The notes beneath the pieces were generated by a model, which saw nothing but the letters and a program-made list of their open reading frames with translations, ran no database searches and was not told the origin of the DNA. The position numbers were made by a program, and so were the translations under genes. From Ophelia neglecta (taxonomy: Eukaryota): a DNA stretch of 64,000 nucleotides. Below are positions 41,048-54,147 of the stretch, in pieces (the stretch's first letter is position 1; every line of letters begins with the position of its first letter). The stretch covers positions 62,620,001 to 62,684,000 of the forward strand of contig OZ260665.1 of NCBI GenBank assembly GCA_965285935.1, given 5' to 3'.

Positions 41048-41226
41048 CAGCGAAACCTGTGTTAGTTATCACATGTGTAATAAGACCACCTGCCCAATAG
41101 GGTCACTAAATAATAGCCCAATCCCCATTTATTTCTGTGTTAACTGACCTGCCTGTTAAGGTCACCTACCTAATGTGGCCAGTTTTGTCCAGTCCATTGA
41201 CTGACCTGGTTAGATAGGTTTCACTG
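41048..41226. mobile_element. Tc1/mariner(pogo)-type MITE, copy 2 (179 bp, uninterrupted)
   Basis: TA|CAGCGAAACCTG ... AGGTTTCACTG|TA; inverted paralogue of 9621-9942. Confidence 0.85.
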
Positions 41227-42519
41227 TAGATTTAGCGATAACAGTAACTGTATCGGTAATTTTATTCATCTATAGAGATTTCTTCCACTCAAAATCAAAC
41301 AATGTAAGTGTGGGTAACTGGTATATGTTTAGTTATAATTCTAGCACGAAAAGGTAAAGGTAAAATAAAACCGCCTGTCACACTACTTATTTTCTGCTGA
41401 TTTAGTGCTGACGAGGACCTAAAGTGCTTTCAAGCTTTTCATCAAGTCCAATCCCAAATGTTCCGAAAGGTCGCATTTATCCTTGATAGCTTGAGTATTA
41501 AATTTCCTAATCATGTCAAATCTTTTGTAGGTGTTCTGCTCAAACGTGGTTCAGTTAATATACCAACTGAGCACTCCTGGCTGAGTACACGGTTAACCGT
41601 GCAATACAATCGATTTAAACCAATTTCAACTTAACACGACCAATCACGTGCACACACCTACTCCATCATATGAAAGGCGGAATCCCTAACTTAAAGCAAA
41701 GGAATATAAAGGGGTGGATGATTTCAACAGCAGGTGCTTCTTAATGAAATCAATAAAACCCGAACTGACCTCATCGACTGACCCATAGGTATGAGACGTA
41801 AATCAGTAATCTCATAGGTTCCTTCAAATTAGAAAAATCGCATATTTTAGGAATATCGGATGAAGTTTCCGCTCCACAAGGGACAAGGCCATGTTCCTAT
41901 TAATATTGTGCATTAAATATGTTTTTTGTTTCTTATCATGCCCAGTCCATTTACAAAGGCCTTTTTATGTGTACATATTAGCTTATAGGCCTAATATTAT
42001 ACGTCATCGTTTTCGCCGGAAGATGTTCCATTCTATCTAAATAGGCTACTTCTCGGTACACTGCAGGCAATACATAGAAGAGTTCCAAACGTTTGGTCAA
42101 AGGAACCGACTCAAGCGACGCACGCTATATGGACATCAGCGTCTTGGAGAAAATAATAGCTTGGGGCTCATGAGAGGTCAAAACTAATTAATGAGACTAT
42201 TCTATCAGTTGTGTTATTCAAAACTCATACATAAACGAGACTAAGTGGTGCTATAGTAACTAGAAATGGCCTTTTTATTGAAAAAGTCGGTTAACAGCCT
42301 CCCTTTACTTAACTATTATCAATTTCGGTATACATTTTGGAAAAATAGATATTATAAGGCTGAGAAGTCACAGTTAATACTTCTGCAAATTATCTGCAAA
42401 ACCATGGGCACTAATTTTGCGTACGGCTCGTGGTAATTAAGATTTTTCCCGCATTAGCCAAATGAATTTACCTCCACTTTTACAACATAAGTACAAACAT
42501 ACAAAGACATGATTAATAG

Positions 42520-42790
42520 ATCAATAACTATAGTTTTAATCAGTATACGTTATGAGATACTTGATGGCTATCAGCATTTATCATCTTTTGATGTCAATCT
42601 ACCTACAATGTATGATAGCCTACTGACCTTTTTACGTAGAGCTCAAGACAAATCCTTGTATAGCGAACTTAATTTTCATTTGTGGAATTCACATTTGCCA
42701 ATGACATTTCAACATCAACACAAAGATACACGTCAATATCGACCAATTTGATTGCAATTTTTTCAACGCATTGCCATGAATGTGGCGGGA
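42520..42790 (+). mobile_element. Possible CR1-like LINE 3' relic
   Basis: YEILDG ... LWNSHLP ... LQFFQRIA fragments resemble CR1 ORF2 C-terminal motifs. Confidence 0.3.
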
Positions 42791-42824
42791 AATGCCTTCA
42801 AAAAGGCTTGACCTACTGCTAACG

Positions 42825-42848
42825 CCCCCCCCCCCCCCCCCCCCCCCC
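42825..42848. repeat. C24 homopolymer
   Basis: Direct reading. Confidence 0.95.
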
Positions 42849-43095
42849 GTAAAAAGGTCCTCCATAAACATTTAATTTGTGCCAAATTCGCTTATATATT
42901 TTCGGTTTTTCAAGGAAGCACTTGTAATAATGCAAGAACTCCACTTGACTAGACTTACAGGTAGAACTGCCGACCTACTAGGTTCGAGATGTGTATAATT
43001 ACACGGAGAACCCTCAGTATCAGAAAATAAATGGTCACCCGTTAGCTCTCTGCTAGACCATTCCCGTTTGTCTGCAAATTGGAAAGATTGAACGG

Positions 43096-43181
43096 TGACA
43101 GGGCAGATGACAGGGCAGACGACAGGAATGACAGGGTAGATGACATGGATGGCAGGGCAGATGACCGGCCAGATGACAGGC
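43096..43181. repeat. Degenerate 12-bp minisatellite (TGACAGGGCAGA)n
   Basis: tgacagggcaga tgacagggcaga cgacaggaa tgacagggtaga tgacatgga tggcagggcaga tgaccggccaga tgacaggc. Confidence 0.9.
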
Positions 43182-44989
43182 TACTGTTCTTAGTATAATT
43201 ACTGACGAGTCTGACGTATAAATCCATAAGCGTAAATAACTCCTCTTCTGAAAGGCCAAGACAGTATGAGTAGCTACCTGCTAAGAGTATATGTCGGTGT
43301 TACGTATAAATTGTAAGGTGTTTACCGGGGTTTGGCGTTAAAAGAACGTGAAGTAATGATGGACAAGGCACCGACGTGATAGCGGTTGACCTTGTAATCA
43401 GTGTCTTATGTGTCTCAGGGATCACCCAGTGATCACGTGTGCCAGGGATCGCCCACATACGTATACTGATTACCGGAGACCGGTAATTACCTTCATTTAG
43501 ACTTTTGTATGCCGACTTCGGCATGATAATTTTATGGCAAGCCAAATACTCAACGAATCATCCTGTAAAAAACATTGAAGTCTGTATTGGAGCTTAATTC
43601 TGAGAATTCTAAAGGGATATTTACAATAGGGCATAGCTATAAATATAACTGTGCTGATTATTGAGTTTATGCTTCTTAACATATTAAGTAACATGATTCT
43701 CTATACTGCGCTTGAGGTAGTTAATCCAAAAAATTACAAATTGCTTTACTAGCCACCCCCACAAGCGGGAGCAATTTGTCTATAATCATACTATGCTCGT
43801 GTCGATTTCGCAAAACGTTCATGGTGATTTCATTCTTTAATGTTCAATTTTCCTTTGACAGTCCGTCCAAGTTCCCCATGAAAAGTATCAGTTTTCATCA
43901 CTCTCTCTGTTGTCACTTGTATCTCTCAAGCAGATTAGCAATTTTGATGGCGGCTAGTTCCTATTTGTGGACCTTTGTGCACCTTCGTCATTGGTAGACC
44001 TAAATCCTATTTCATTGTTGGGGAACACACCCACAACGAAGTAATGGACTCATGGCCTAATGAGCACCACCGTTTTATTTGCCAAGGCCCTCAGGCCAGG
44101 CAAGGATCTATTTTGGGATTATGTAATTCATGTAACGTGTCATCAGGGGAGAGACAGTTCTTAGTAGGCTTGTTTGGCTCTACCAGTGACCAACTTCCAA
44201 AGGCAAATAAATTATTGCTTGTGTGCTTAGAACGTTCAACCAAGTCTTGAACTGGAGGACACAATTTTTAGTATTATTAATCGTATCTGCAAACAGAAGT
44301 AAATTGATCAAAGCTGTGGTGCGGGGGTACAGACCTGCACACCGTTTTAAAGAAATCGCCCCGCCACATGTGTATTGCATAGTACCTTTATTATAAGCAG
44401 AGACTATTGGTTGAAATAATTATTCAACTAAAACTACAGCCGATATTGGCGAAAAATTCCCGACAGTTTTCGGCTGTTTTCGAATAAGTTATAATGTTCT
44501 TCACGCTTGTAACACCGTGCGTACCAATGTAGAACTAAATTCTTTTCCTATCCTATAGTTCAGTGCCCACAATTAAAAGGAATTGAAGCAAATTGACTTT
44601 TTAAAGCCACTTGTTTAGTTTTTTATGAGATACCCGAGAGGGTACCAACAGGTTATTCCCTAACGTTATCCGGTCTAGGATATGAATTACCGGTACACTT
44701 CATGTTAGGTTTTTATCTAAGTCGGCAAAGTACCACTTCAGAAAACAGGCTCCCAAGATATTAGTTAAATCCCTCTTTTCATCATCGCCTGCTTCGGGGG
44801 GATAAACATGATTAACAGTTCAGCCTTCAGCCTCAGTTTACAAAGAATATTTGCCATGAAATAAAAGGTTATCTCAGATGTGTTCTCCAAGACAGTCCTG
44901 TTAATTGTGAATCGTGACTAATCCTCGACCGAATATGGACTATACGTGCTTACTCTTTATCAAACCACCCAGTTTCATGTTAAGTGTTA

Positions 44990-45205
44990 TATTGTGCCAG
45001 CCACACGACCGTGTAGGTGGACAAAGCTAGGTAACCAGCGGAAAATGGGATCATTGGGAATAATGTAGCCCGGTGTGATTTGTGTGTCGATCCTCTATAC
45101 TGTGGGTCCTCAAAGGCTAGGGTGTCTCCTGGAATCAGGCATAGCGATCTGGATTACCCGGATGTCCCTGTAATAATATCATTGCATATAGAGCCTTAAA
45201 CACCT
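44990..45205 (+). mobile_element. Old degenerate SINE-like fragment
   Basis: ataatgtagcccggtgtg resembles the core ataatgtgactgggtggg of the 52.8-kb SINE (reverse complement); ends in gccttaaacacc, like a SINE 3' end. Confidence 0.3.
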
Positions 45206-45395
45206 GCTACTTGGTTACAGAATCGGTCTGAGGGATAAGTTCACTCCACGAAGGGAACAGTGCATCCGAAATAATAGCTGCATACCAACAATAGAGAATA
45301 GATGTCCCGGTGATGTTTATCAAGCCAAATAGCCACCTGCTCTGGGTTAATGTCGCCCTTAACTATGAGGCATTAGTAGCGGACAGGGACTATGT

Positions 45396-45579
45396 ATTAA
45401 ACGCGGAGGCTAGGCGGAGGCGGAGGTCCTGGGTATATATCCGTGTGGCACGAAGCAAAATAGCGTCAGAAAGACTAGGGCTAGGGCTGGAGGTTAATAT
45501 TAGAAATAAGGTCAGGGTTTCTGGCTGATTCATGTCCTAATCATGGTATTATTAGCCTCCAGAAGACTCCGCTGTTAAT
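45396..45579. mobile_element. Possible MITE with imperfect TIRs and central telomere-like (TAGGG) repeats
   Basis: Left attaaacgcggaggct..ggaggc versus right gcctccagaagactccgctgttaat; interior ctagggctagggctggaggtt...ggtcagggtt. Confidence 0.4.
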
Positions 45580-46495
45580 CAAAAGTCCGAACAGGTCGAA
45601 TTAAACCCAGGAAAACCTATGTCTAGTCGGGCTTTTCAGTAGTAATCAGAACCAATTTGTGAATGTCCATGCTCTGTGGTATGCCTTTGATGCTTCATTC
45701 CGAACTAAGTAATTCGAGGTATTTTTGGCTACTAGCAGATATAAAAACCGAGGCGCCGCCGAGGTTTTTGGCATTTTGAGAGGTCACGCAGACGTTTTCC
45801 TTGACTTATCTCTTTTCCGGCTGTCGGCGTTCCAGGACGCTTAACTCCTGAGATAATACTAGTGGGTAACAACAGGGATTCTAATAAACCATAATTTTTG
45901 GGGATAAATAATATAATGCCTAACCAAGTGCCACTTATCTAACCGATTATCAAGCCTTACTGTTTTCCCCTGATTAGCGTAATAATCGAAGCGAAAATCT
46001 GATCACTACTTTTGATCTATTACAAGCCTTTATTGTCTTCTGAATAACACAGTATATAGTCACAGTTGTCGTATGGCTTCTGTGATATGTTATGTTGTCG
46101 CTAGATGGCGCCTAGCCACCACGCTGTCAGTTTTTCTTTGGATGCCAAGTCTGAGAGAGTTGCTTGAGCTCGCCGGTACGTTTATCATCTCCGATTTTTT
46201 CCGATTTTTCTAAATTCCACCAGGTAAACGATATGTGCGGTACAATGTGTGGAAAACCACCTGGACCAAGAACGTACGATGCTGAGGTAAATTAACGTTC
46301 TAATTCATGTTTCGAAAAACGAAGTCAGACGTTTTATCATTTTCGGCGATTTATCAGAATAAACCATGCTGAAACGGTTTGCCAAAAGCATATAATACCG
46401 CATATTTAGCAATTAATCATGACTGTAGCTCCTTGCATCGCTCAATCAGATCTGCTAAGGGGCAGCACTTTGAGTCCTTTTGCTATAGGCATATA

Positions 46496-46631
46496 TCCCT
46501 AACCAAGGGTCGTTGTTTATCAAATGTCCCTAACCAAGGGTCGTTGTTTATCAAATGTCCCTAACCAAGGATCAGGGTTCCTGACTAGTCACTCTAAAAG
46601 TTGTCTCACTAGTCACTCTAGAAGTTGTCTC
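46496..46631. repeat. Adjacent tandem repeats: 31-bp x2.4 and 24-bp x2
   Basis: TCCCTAACCAAGGGTCGTTGTTTATCAAATG at 46496, 46527 and partial at 46558; ACTAGTCACTCTA(A/G)AAGTTGTCTC at 46584 and 46608. Confidence 0.95.
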
Positions 46632-49600
46632 AGATAGTCAATTCAGTATAATGGTGCCTGAAGAAGCACCCGCCATGTGTTCTCTTTTGTTCATAAATAG
46701 TGTTTTTAGGCAAGGCAGTCATGTGCTTCCCTAGCCACTTTTACTTTTGTCAGATTCCCTAACTAAGGGTACTATTTTGACAGATTCCCCTAGAAGAGAG
46801 CATACAGAGTCGCGATCGCAGAGTTCAAACAAGGTCAGATATTACCATGGCCAGGCCACTTGTCCATTGCAGAGTATGTTAAACGTATGGGATGTGAAAT
46901 TTTCACACTCTCTCATTCATATCGAATGTATAGCACACATTTCCAGGAGATAGGGATGTGGTCAGGGCATGTAGTGGAGGGAAAGTTGTAACGCTAACCA
47001 CACAGCCACCACGTCTCATACGGTGTAATACCGTTGAGGGAGTGCCATAACCATAAAAGGCAAAGCTTTCGGTTCCTGTCACTGATAAGATATATACCTA
47101 CTCTTCCTATTTGGAATCTCATCAGCTCCAATTAACTGTCAAAGGTTAACGTCGGGCAAACTCAGTACTGCTTGTTTTTCCAACCTCCTCCGATATCGTT
47201 ACTTTCGGAGTCGACTATCACAAATCTTGGCGTTTTATGGGGAATTTTCAAATTATTCACCTCACGGAACGCCTCTTGTGGTTTTAAATGGAAATACGAC
47301 GAAATATTAGCTTGGACGGTCACATCAGAAACCACGGCAGATATTACTTAAGAGCAACTATAAATCTAGTCCGTAGTATAACGAATATGCATTTACACTT
47401 TGATGAAAATTCATCGTGTAATTTTCAGCATAACGGTTATAAAAATCCATCGTACAATAATGATAATGTGACGTGTAAACCTTGAGATATCGTACTTGTT
47501 CGGAGTCCTCATTGAGTTAAGTCCAGAGGAGAGTGTTTGAATAGCCCACATACATTCCAAAAGTCAAAAACCTTTGAATCTGGATGCATTTCATGATACA
47601 ACCAAATTGTTAGGAGCAGAGTGGCAAATACCTTTTTATGTTTTGCCTCACTTAAAGTGTTTTTATTGGCGCCACTAGGAGAAAGCTGAGAGTTTGTCTA
47701 ATTGCTCCCGACAGCATATTGAGCGTGCTCGTGAAGTTCCTCTTATTTTTTTATAAACTGATTGATGTGGAATTTATTAAGCTGTTTAATTTTATGGAAT
47801 AAAATCACATCGTAGCGTAAGTGTGATTATAATTATGTTCATAATAATCTGTTCAAAGATTTAGAAGAACTGGAGTTTTGTTTCAAACATTGGTTGAGAT
47901 TTGCTGCGACCTAGTATGATGTGCAATAGGTCGGTAGAAATTTGCATACAGTCCTAGATATGTGGTTATTATTATGATTCAATGAGGGATGGGCAGTCTG
48001 CCTGCTTTTTAGTTCTATCTGGTTTTGTGTTACTTAAGTCAAAGGTATCTACAGTCTCAAATGACCGTGGGAGATAAGTCCATATTTGACTCTCCTAGGG
48101 CATGAAATGTCGCCCAGCCTTAGGCACTGACACTTTAGTGTTTCCTCTGGCTCCTATCATGAAAACTGTTGCCTGCTTCTCATTGCATGTGATATCATTT
48201 TAAGTTAATTCCGTTACAATTCTATTTACTGTCAGAGAACTATCGATAGATTATTGTTGGGCTGTGGCAGCTGGTCCCTGATGAAGTTGAACCTATAATG
48301 CGCAGCTTTTGAATGACGATTTTATTTTGTCTGCCGCGTATCCACTCCCGTTTTCCCGGAAATAGTTTTATGGATTGTGAGTTGGTTAATTGTTAAAAAA
48401 ATGTTACTAAATACAAACGTAATTGAAATAATGAATGGCAAACTAGGTTAAATTTGGTGACGTTTGGTCTTAATGACAAGTGCTTGTCACCAAAACACTG
48501 GTATAAGCTTTTATCCCCGCCTGATTGTGGAACGTTATTAAATTCAAATGATATAAAGAGACCTCAGTTCCATTTTCGTCTCGTCTGTTTTACAGGCCGA
48601 GTTTGCTAATTTACAGCATGATAGATGCTAGTAAAAAATGTCACGGCTTCCTACGTTCTTCAAGCACAAAATAAACTTTATCGAGAACCCTAATTGTCCA
48701 CGGCGAAGTCACAATTTCGGGTTTCAGCGCCTTTGTGATGTGCACAATGGGCCTAGTAGGATGCATGTCTGAGTTGCGCAGAAAATGTCGCCTATGTACT
48801 GTTTTCGGCTGTTAATAATAGAAGCACGAGTGATGAAAATAACCCGGTAAGAGTGTAATAGGATCAAATAATCAAGTTATTTTTAGTCGACATTGAGGAA
48901 TTGAGCAAGTAGGCTACTGCCTTTCTCGGTAATCTCGATGAATAGAAATATTTGTATATTATGTATGGGTAAATTCGGGATTCTTTTCAATGAAGTAAGA
49001 CAACTTAGGCTAGACCACATGTATTATAGGGACTATGCAACATAAACAAACATGCCAAATTGATCTCGGGCACATTGAGGCTATTGTCGGGTTAAAGGTA
49101 CCACCTGCTTAAGGGACCTGCGTTTTCCTATTGTGACGTTATCTTACCCATGGATATGATGGCTTTTGCCAGTGGCTTTTTCGCCCGAAAATTGCATTTA
49201 CATGAGATTTTAGTCAAAATGGCTGTAATTTTACCACAAGAACTAAAATCAAGGTAAGCAGCTGAGGGTAAGTTCTCAAATCGTTTCACAAAATAACCAA
49301 ACTAAGCTAGCATACATAACATACAGCAGAAATGGTGTTCATTTTTCATATAAAAATATTTTCAGATTACAAAGTGATTTTCATCAAATATTTATTTTAC
49401 TCTTCCTTGCCAAACTAAAACAATACATATGTGATCGAAGTTATGAAAATGTATTATAAACTAGTCCCACTATAACCATCATTTACTGTCCAAACCTGGA
49501 ATCGTGCATGCACTTTTCTATATATGCAATTAAATCACAAAACAAATTCAAACCAGACTTTGTGTCTTTCAGTTGTCAAACGCCTACATTTGAACAATTA

Positions 49601-49779
49601 TATTGAAACCCCGCAGCACGCAAAACAATACAACAATAATAAATAACGATACTAGTCTCTTGTATGGAGGAGAATATCCAATCTTCGGTTTAAAAACGCC
49701 AGGTTGATTCATCGATTTGTTTAAATGCATTCTATTTCATTCGAAAGTATCTGAATTTATACTTAATTTAAGTCCAAGC

Positions 49780-50200
49780 TGGCGTTGTACAAGACTTAAG
49801 ATGGCTTTTACCACTCAATTTGGAATCAATCACAAGTTACAGGCTGTGAAACACAGGCTTTATTGTTATACAATCTGCCAAATATATCTTTGAGGACTTG
49901 GGTAGGCCTCAGCCAATCATAAAACAATTAAAATCGATCAACGGTGAGTTGTCAAAAACCAATCTGTTATCAGGTTTTTGTCCATGAGTCGCATAATTCA
50001 TCTACAATGCGGACATTATTAGATCTAACTTTCATTAAATTCACTTAATTTGTTATTCTAAGCAAACTCCTCACTCCTTTACCTTTTCAAAGTCTCTTGA
50101 TTTAAGTCGTTGTATTCACAAGACTTACAAGAAAATGATACCATGTGGAAATATTATGGCAAAAAAACCTAATCTTTTCATCATAATGGACTGGAACCCC
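49780..50200 (+). mobile_element. Possible L1/Tx1-like LINE C-terminal relic
   Basis: Frameshifted TRL-RWL...GINHKLQAVK (cf. TxLRWFQ...LxTNxxL), followed by an AT-rich 3' region and a microsatellite. Confidence 0.3.
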
Positions 50201-50507
50201 TAGTCTCCTGTGTCTATTCTTATAAGTCAAGCAGTTTTAACCTTCTATCTGGTGATAGAACACTTACACTGGTCTTTGAAAATGAAAATGAACTTAACGC
50301 TCGACTGTAGGCCTATTATATGTATTATTTTGAAGCTATGTATTATGAGGTTACATACCCCACTATGGGTCCAAACCTCGTTGACCCTAGGCTATTGTAG
50401 GTTATTGTCAGATGAAATTTGTATTGTTACATTTGTATAATTTTTTATGTTGATACCTACTTACTTGTTGCATCAGTATATATTCAGTATATATTCATTT
50501 CTTGAAG

Positions 50508-50561
50508 TATTATTATTATTATTATTATCATTATTATTTTCATTATCATTATCATCATTAA
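50508..50561. repeat. (TTA/TCA)n microsatellite
   Basis: tattattattattattattatcattattattttcattatcattatcatcatta. Confidence 0.9.
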
Positions 50562-52782
50562 TAGTTGAATTAATAATCCCAATAGACGAACCGTTTCAAC
50601 GTATTTCTCAAAAGGTGTTCTTCGTATTCCAGCCCAATAAAAAAGGAAAATGTCTTATTCGGTTGAATCTCGTGTTAGTTATCGAATCTATACATCATAT
50701 ACATGTCTCTTTGACGGTGAGAAAAATCTTTCCATTTTGTCAATATCGATTGTCGAAGAAAATCGTTTTTAGGATGGTAATTCAAAACCTGAAAATGTTT
50801 TGGACCGCTCAATTGTATCACCGGAATACCAACGCATGCGTAGAATCAAATGGCTCAAATGTGTGCAAAAGCGTAAAAATATTCCCTGTGGTAGATAGTG
50901 CCGATTTCTCTTCCTACTTATTTAATTGGCATTGGTTTTCTTTCCTGCATGTCATGAATGGACCATTTACAAAAAAAGAGGAATGGTGTCAACAAATGTA
51001 GCTCATCAAACGAGACAAATGATCAGCATTGGACGCTAGCCTGCTTCGCCTTGTGTGTGATGCCCGCCTACTCGTGGTTCGTTTTAATTTCAGCTAAAAT
51101 GTCAGCTCAGCAGGGACCACATGCCTCAGCACGTCCTGAAAAATGTCAGACTCTTATTTATCTATAGGCCAACGGGACAATGAATTGACTGTGACCCGAT
51201 GGAGCCCATAGACGAAAAGCTATCGAAAATATGGCGTGTTTAAAACAGCAAACATCATACTATTAAGTATAATAAGCCTAAAGTCGCTTGTTTAAACCTT
51301 TGTGGGACACTATATAGAACGTTTTAAATTCCCCATAAGGCAAAGCGCCCATCAGCCTTTTCCTTATTGAGAAGGGATCTCTTCTATTATGGAGTGGGTA
51401 GTGGTGTATTCCTTTCTAAACGCGGTTTCTGAACGTTTAAGGGAAATTCGAAAGTGATGAATCTCCTTACAAGCGTAGCTGGAATTACAAAACGGAAGTG
51501 CTCATATCTCAAGTTAAGCTATGTCTCGGGGTGATTTGCGGTGTATGCTAAAGGTCCGAGGACGAGCGAATGTTTATGTAGATGTGCTTAGGCTTAAACA
51601 ATCCTAAGTTTTATTCAGCTTTCTGAACTAAAGTGACTTATTACTGTTAAGTCATGTAAACACATGGGAAATGTCTATGGTGGCTTCTTCCCATAACTTC
51701 ATCCCCAATCTGATAATGTATGCACAGTAATAGGAGGAAATTGGGTTTTTCCATGCCTCCTTTTGTTCTAACCAATAAGTGCGCTGAATAGTGCTATTTA
51801 CAGGATGGATGAGTGAAATTGCCTGCTTTGTTTTAAAGGCGGAATTAGCCTGCTATCTGTGCGAAATAAAGCGATGGGCGAAATTACCCGAGTCTACCCT
51901 ATGTGAACTGACAACAGATAACATCGGACTATAATCCGATCTATACGCACTGAAATTGAGGATAACTTTGAGTAATGATGTGCGGAAATAAAACAGAAAC
52001 TGGGTTGTGAGCTTAGTTCACGGCGCCATGGATGACCCTGGGATTTGACCCCACTATCACACGATTTAGGCAGAAAATCGGGGAAAGCATTTAGCATGAG
52101 AGCATCTACATAGGAATTAGAGGTCTCTTCTTGCCACCAACAGTATAGTACCCCTGTTTTAGGCCCTACTGGACACTTCATACCGCACTTATCATACCCA
52201 CTAGCTACTTTTCTTTGTATTTCATTATTCTAACTTAAAATACGTTTACTTGAAATGGGCCATTGTATATAATTATTAAGATTGTGTACGTTTGACTTTT
52301 ACACATTTTTTTTATTTTATTTTATAAATATCTTTAACCTTGGATAAACTGTCAGAGCAGCTGTTTGTCTTAGACACTCAGCCATTTAATAAGCACAGGT
52401 TAAATGTCGACACAAATAGCTAGTATAACAGCTAGAATACGATGAATACATGAGCATAAGCTGTTCAGTAAATTGCCACTCGACAGGATTGAAATCGAAC
52501 TTATACTTGTAAACAATGAAACTTTGACTTTCTGTCACTACATTAAACAAGCTAGATTAAATAGCCGGAAAGTAACTTCAACGGTTTCATGGGTGCCGAC
52601 GGCACGGTTCCGGCAGACGACAACTCGAAAAATACAATATTATTTAAGTATATGATATAAAATTTACAAGTTCAAAAAGCACTTTCCTATATAAGTACTT
52701 TTGGTTCTGTTTTAAATCATGATGTAGTGTGAGGAACTGACCTTTTGAAGCAAAGACCCTTGTTAAATTCTCAGGCCCCTAG

Positions 52783-53031
52783 GTGTTGTTGTTTGGGGTT
52801 ATACGTGGCTTTCAACACTTATCGGTCATATCGCCACAGTGCCTACTTGTGACAGTGGGCTCAATGCCCTCTTTAGAGTGCTGCCTCAAGGGAGTACCTG
52901 CCATAGACATCAGACAGGGAACCCCACCCAGTCACATTATACTGACACCGGGTTGACCAGTGCTGATACTACCCCCGAAATACCGGGCGCCTGGCAGGGA
53001 AGCTATCAGTACCTATTTTTACGTCTTGGGT
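52783..53031 (-). mobile_element. SINE (5'-truncated) with (CAA)n tail and a conserved central core
   Basis: 8-bp TSD GCCCCTAG at 52775-52782 and 53032-53039; homologous to 9692-9818. Minus-strand core ACTGGTCAACCCGGTGTCAGTATAATGTGACTGGGTGGG resembles the Nin/Deu-type domain of molluscan SINEs (family name from recall). Confidence 0.85.
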
Positions 53032-54122
53032 GCCCCTAGAAACACCTTTTGAAATAGTTCGCCACACAGTTTATCTCATATGTTGACCACTGATTTAATT
53101 TGTTCCCTGGCATGGTGAACCCTAAACTACTACTTATTACAACTAATTTCAACTCCTATTTGTTATTTTTAATAACACAACGTGCCTAGTCACAGTTAGG
53201 GAACTTTTGGTATATGTTTACTGACCTGCAATTGACAGTTGCTTTGATTGAATGGACTATTCTTCTTTTGGGTTGTGATATTGCTTTGTCTGCGGGGTGT
53301 CCAATCCTGGATTTTGACTGACAGAAAACAGGGCACAGATTACTCTGCATTCTAGTTACTCCTTTTAAAATATCGCTTTTTACTCTAACATGGTGATGTG
53401 ATCGATGTAGATAAAAAAACTTCCTAACTCAGTTGGGGGTCCAGTTGGTTTAATAATTTAAATGTTATCCAGTTCATATTCATTTCCTGCGGTTTCGTTC
53501 ATCGCTGCACACGCTGACTGTTCTAGTTTTAAAGCGAGCAGCTGTGTTCTGCAGATCGATAATGAACCTTGTCAACACTTTGGTTCGAAAAAAATGGCCC
53601 CTTACAGTAAGACAACAGTCAACTTGTGGCTTAATGGTGCCCTGAACTACTAAATTTCGAAACAGTTACTTTTGTATCAGTTCTCACCATTTTACGCCGT
53701 CAATGAAAGACTGCAAAAGGCGTAAAAAGCTTTTTTCACAAAACTACGAGACAGCCTAGATGCGAGAGCTAGCTTTGATTACAATCAAGAAAACAAGCAT
53801 GCCACCAGTGTCAACAGGAAGTGGATTAGAATGACGTCGGACTTTACGAGCATTTCCTACTTTTATGCAACGGAATGTGCATAGAGAGGGAATAAAAGGT
53901 CTTTAACGTGACACAGATGGCGTAATTGCAGGTATCGGCGAAGACATTACAAAAAGCCACTAGCATGGCCACTGGCATGTCATTAATTAGGACAGAAATA
54001 AATATTTGCGTATTGCTCGAGTTTTTCAGTTTACATAAGTCTTCTTGCTTTATTTTATGCAGAATAATAATTAAAGCTTATTTAGGAATATTTTCTTTTC
54101 TAAACACATATACTGCTGCATT

Positions 54123-54147
54123 TATATATATATATATATATATATAT
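54123..54147. repeat. (TA)n microsatellite
   Basis: Direct reading; another imperfect TA run at ~54851-54879. Confidence 0.9.

Noticed and set aside
41405-41480. CTGACGAG...GAAA hammerhead-ribozyme-like core
   Set aside because: Stems II and III do not pair convincingly and the cleavage triplet is not in register; similar partial hits at ~14874 and ~21992 also fail.
46496-46631. CRISPR-like repeat array
   Set aside because: Repeats are head-to-tail with no spacers, in eukaryotic DNA with no cas genes.
50447-51001. 184-aa ORF with an apparent signal/TM segment
   Set aside because: The Leu/Ser run is the (TTA/TCA)n microsatellite; no recognisable domain.
51020-51090. LACFALCVMPAYSWF as possible GPCR TM6
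   Set aside because: Lacks CWxP, has no suitable phase-0 acceptor and no TM7 follows.
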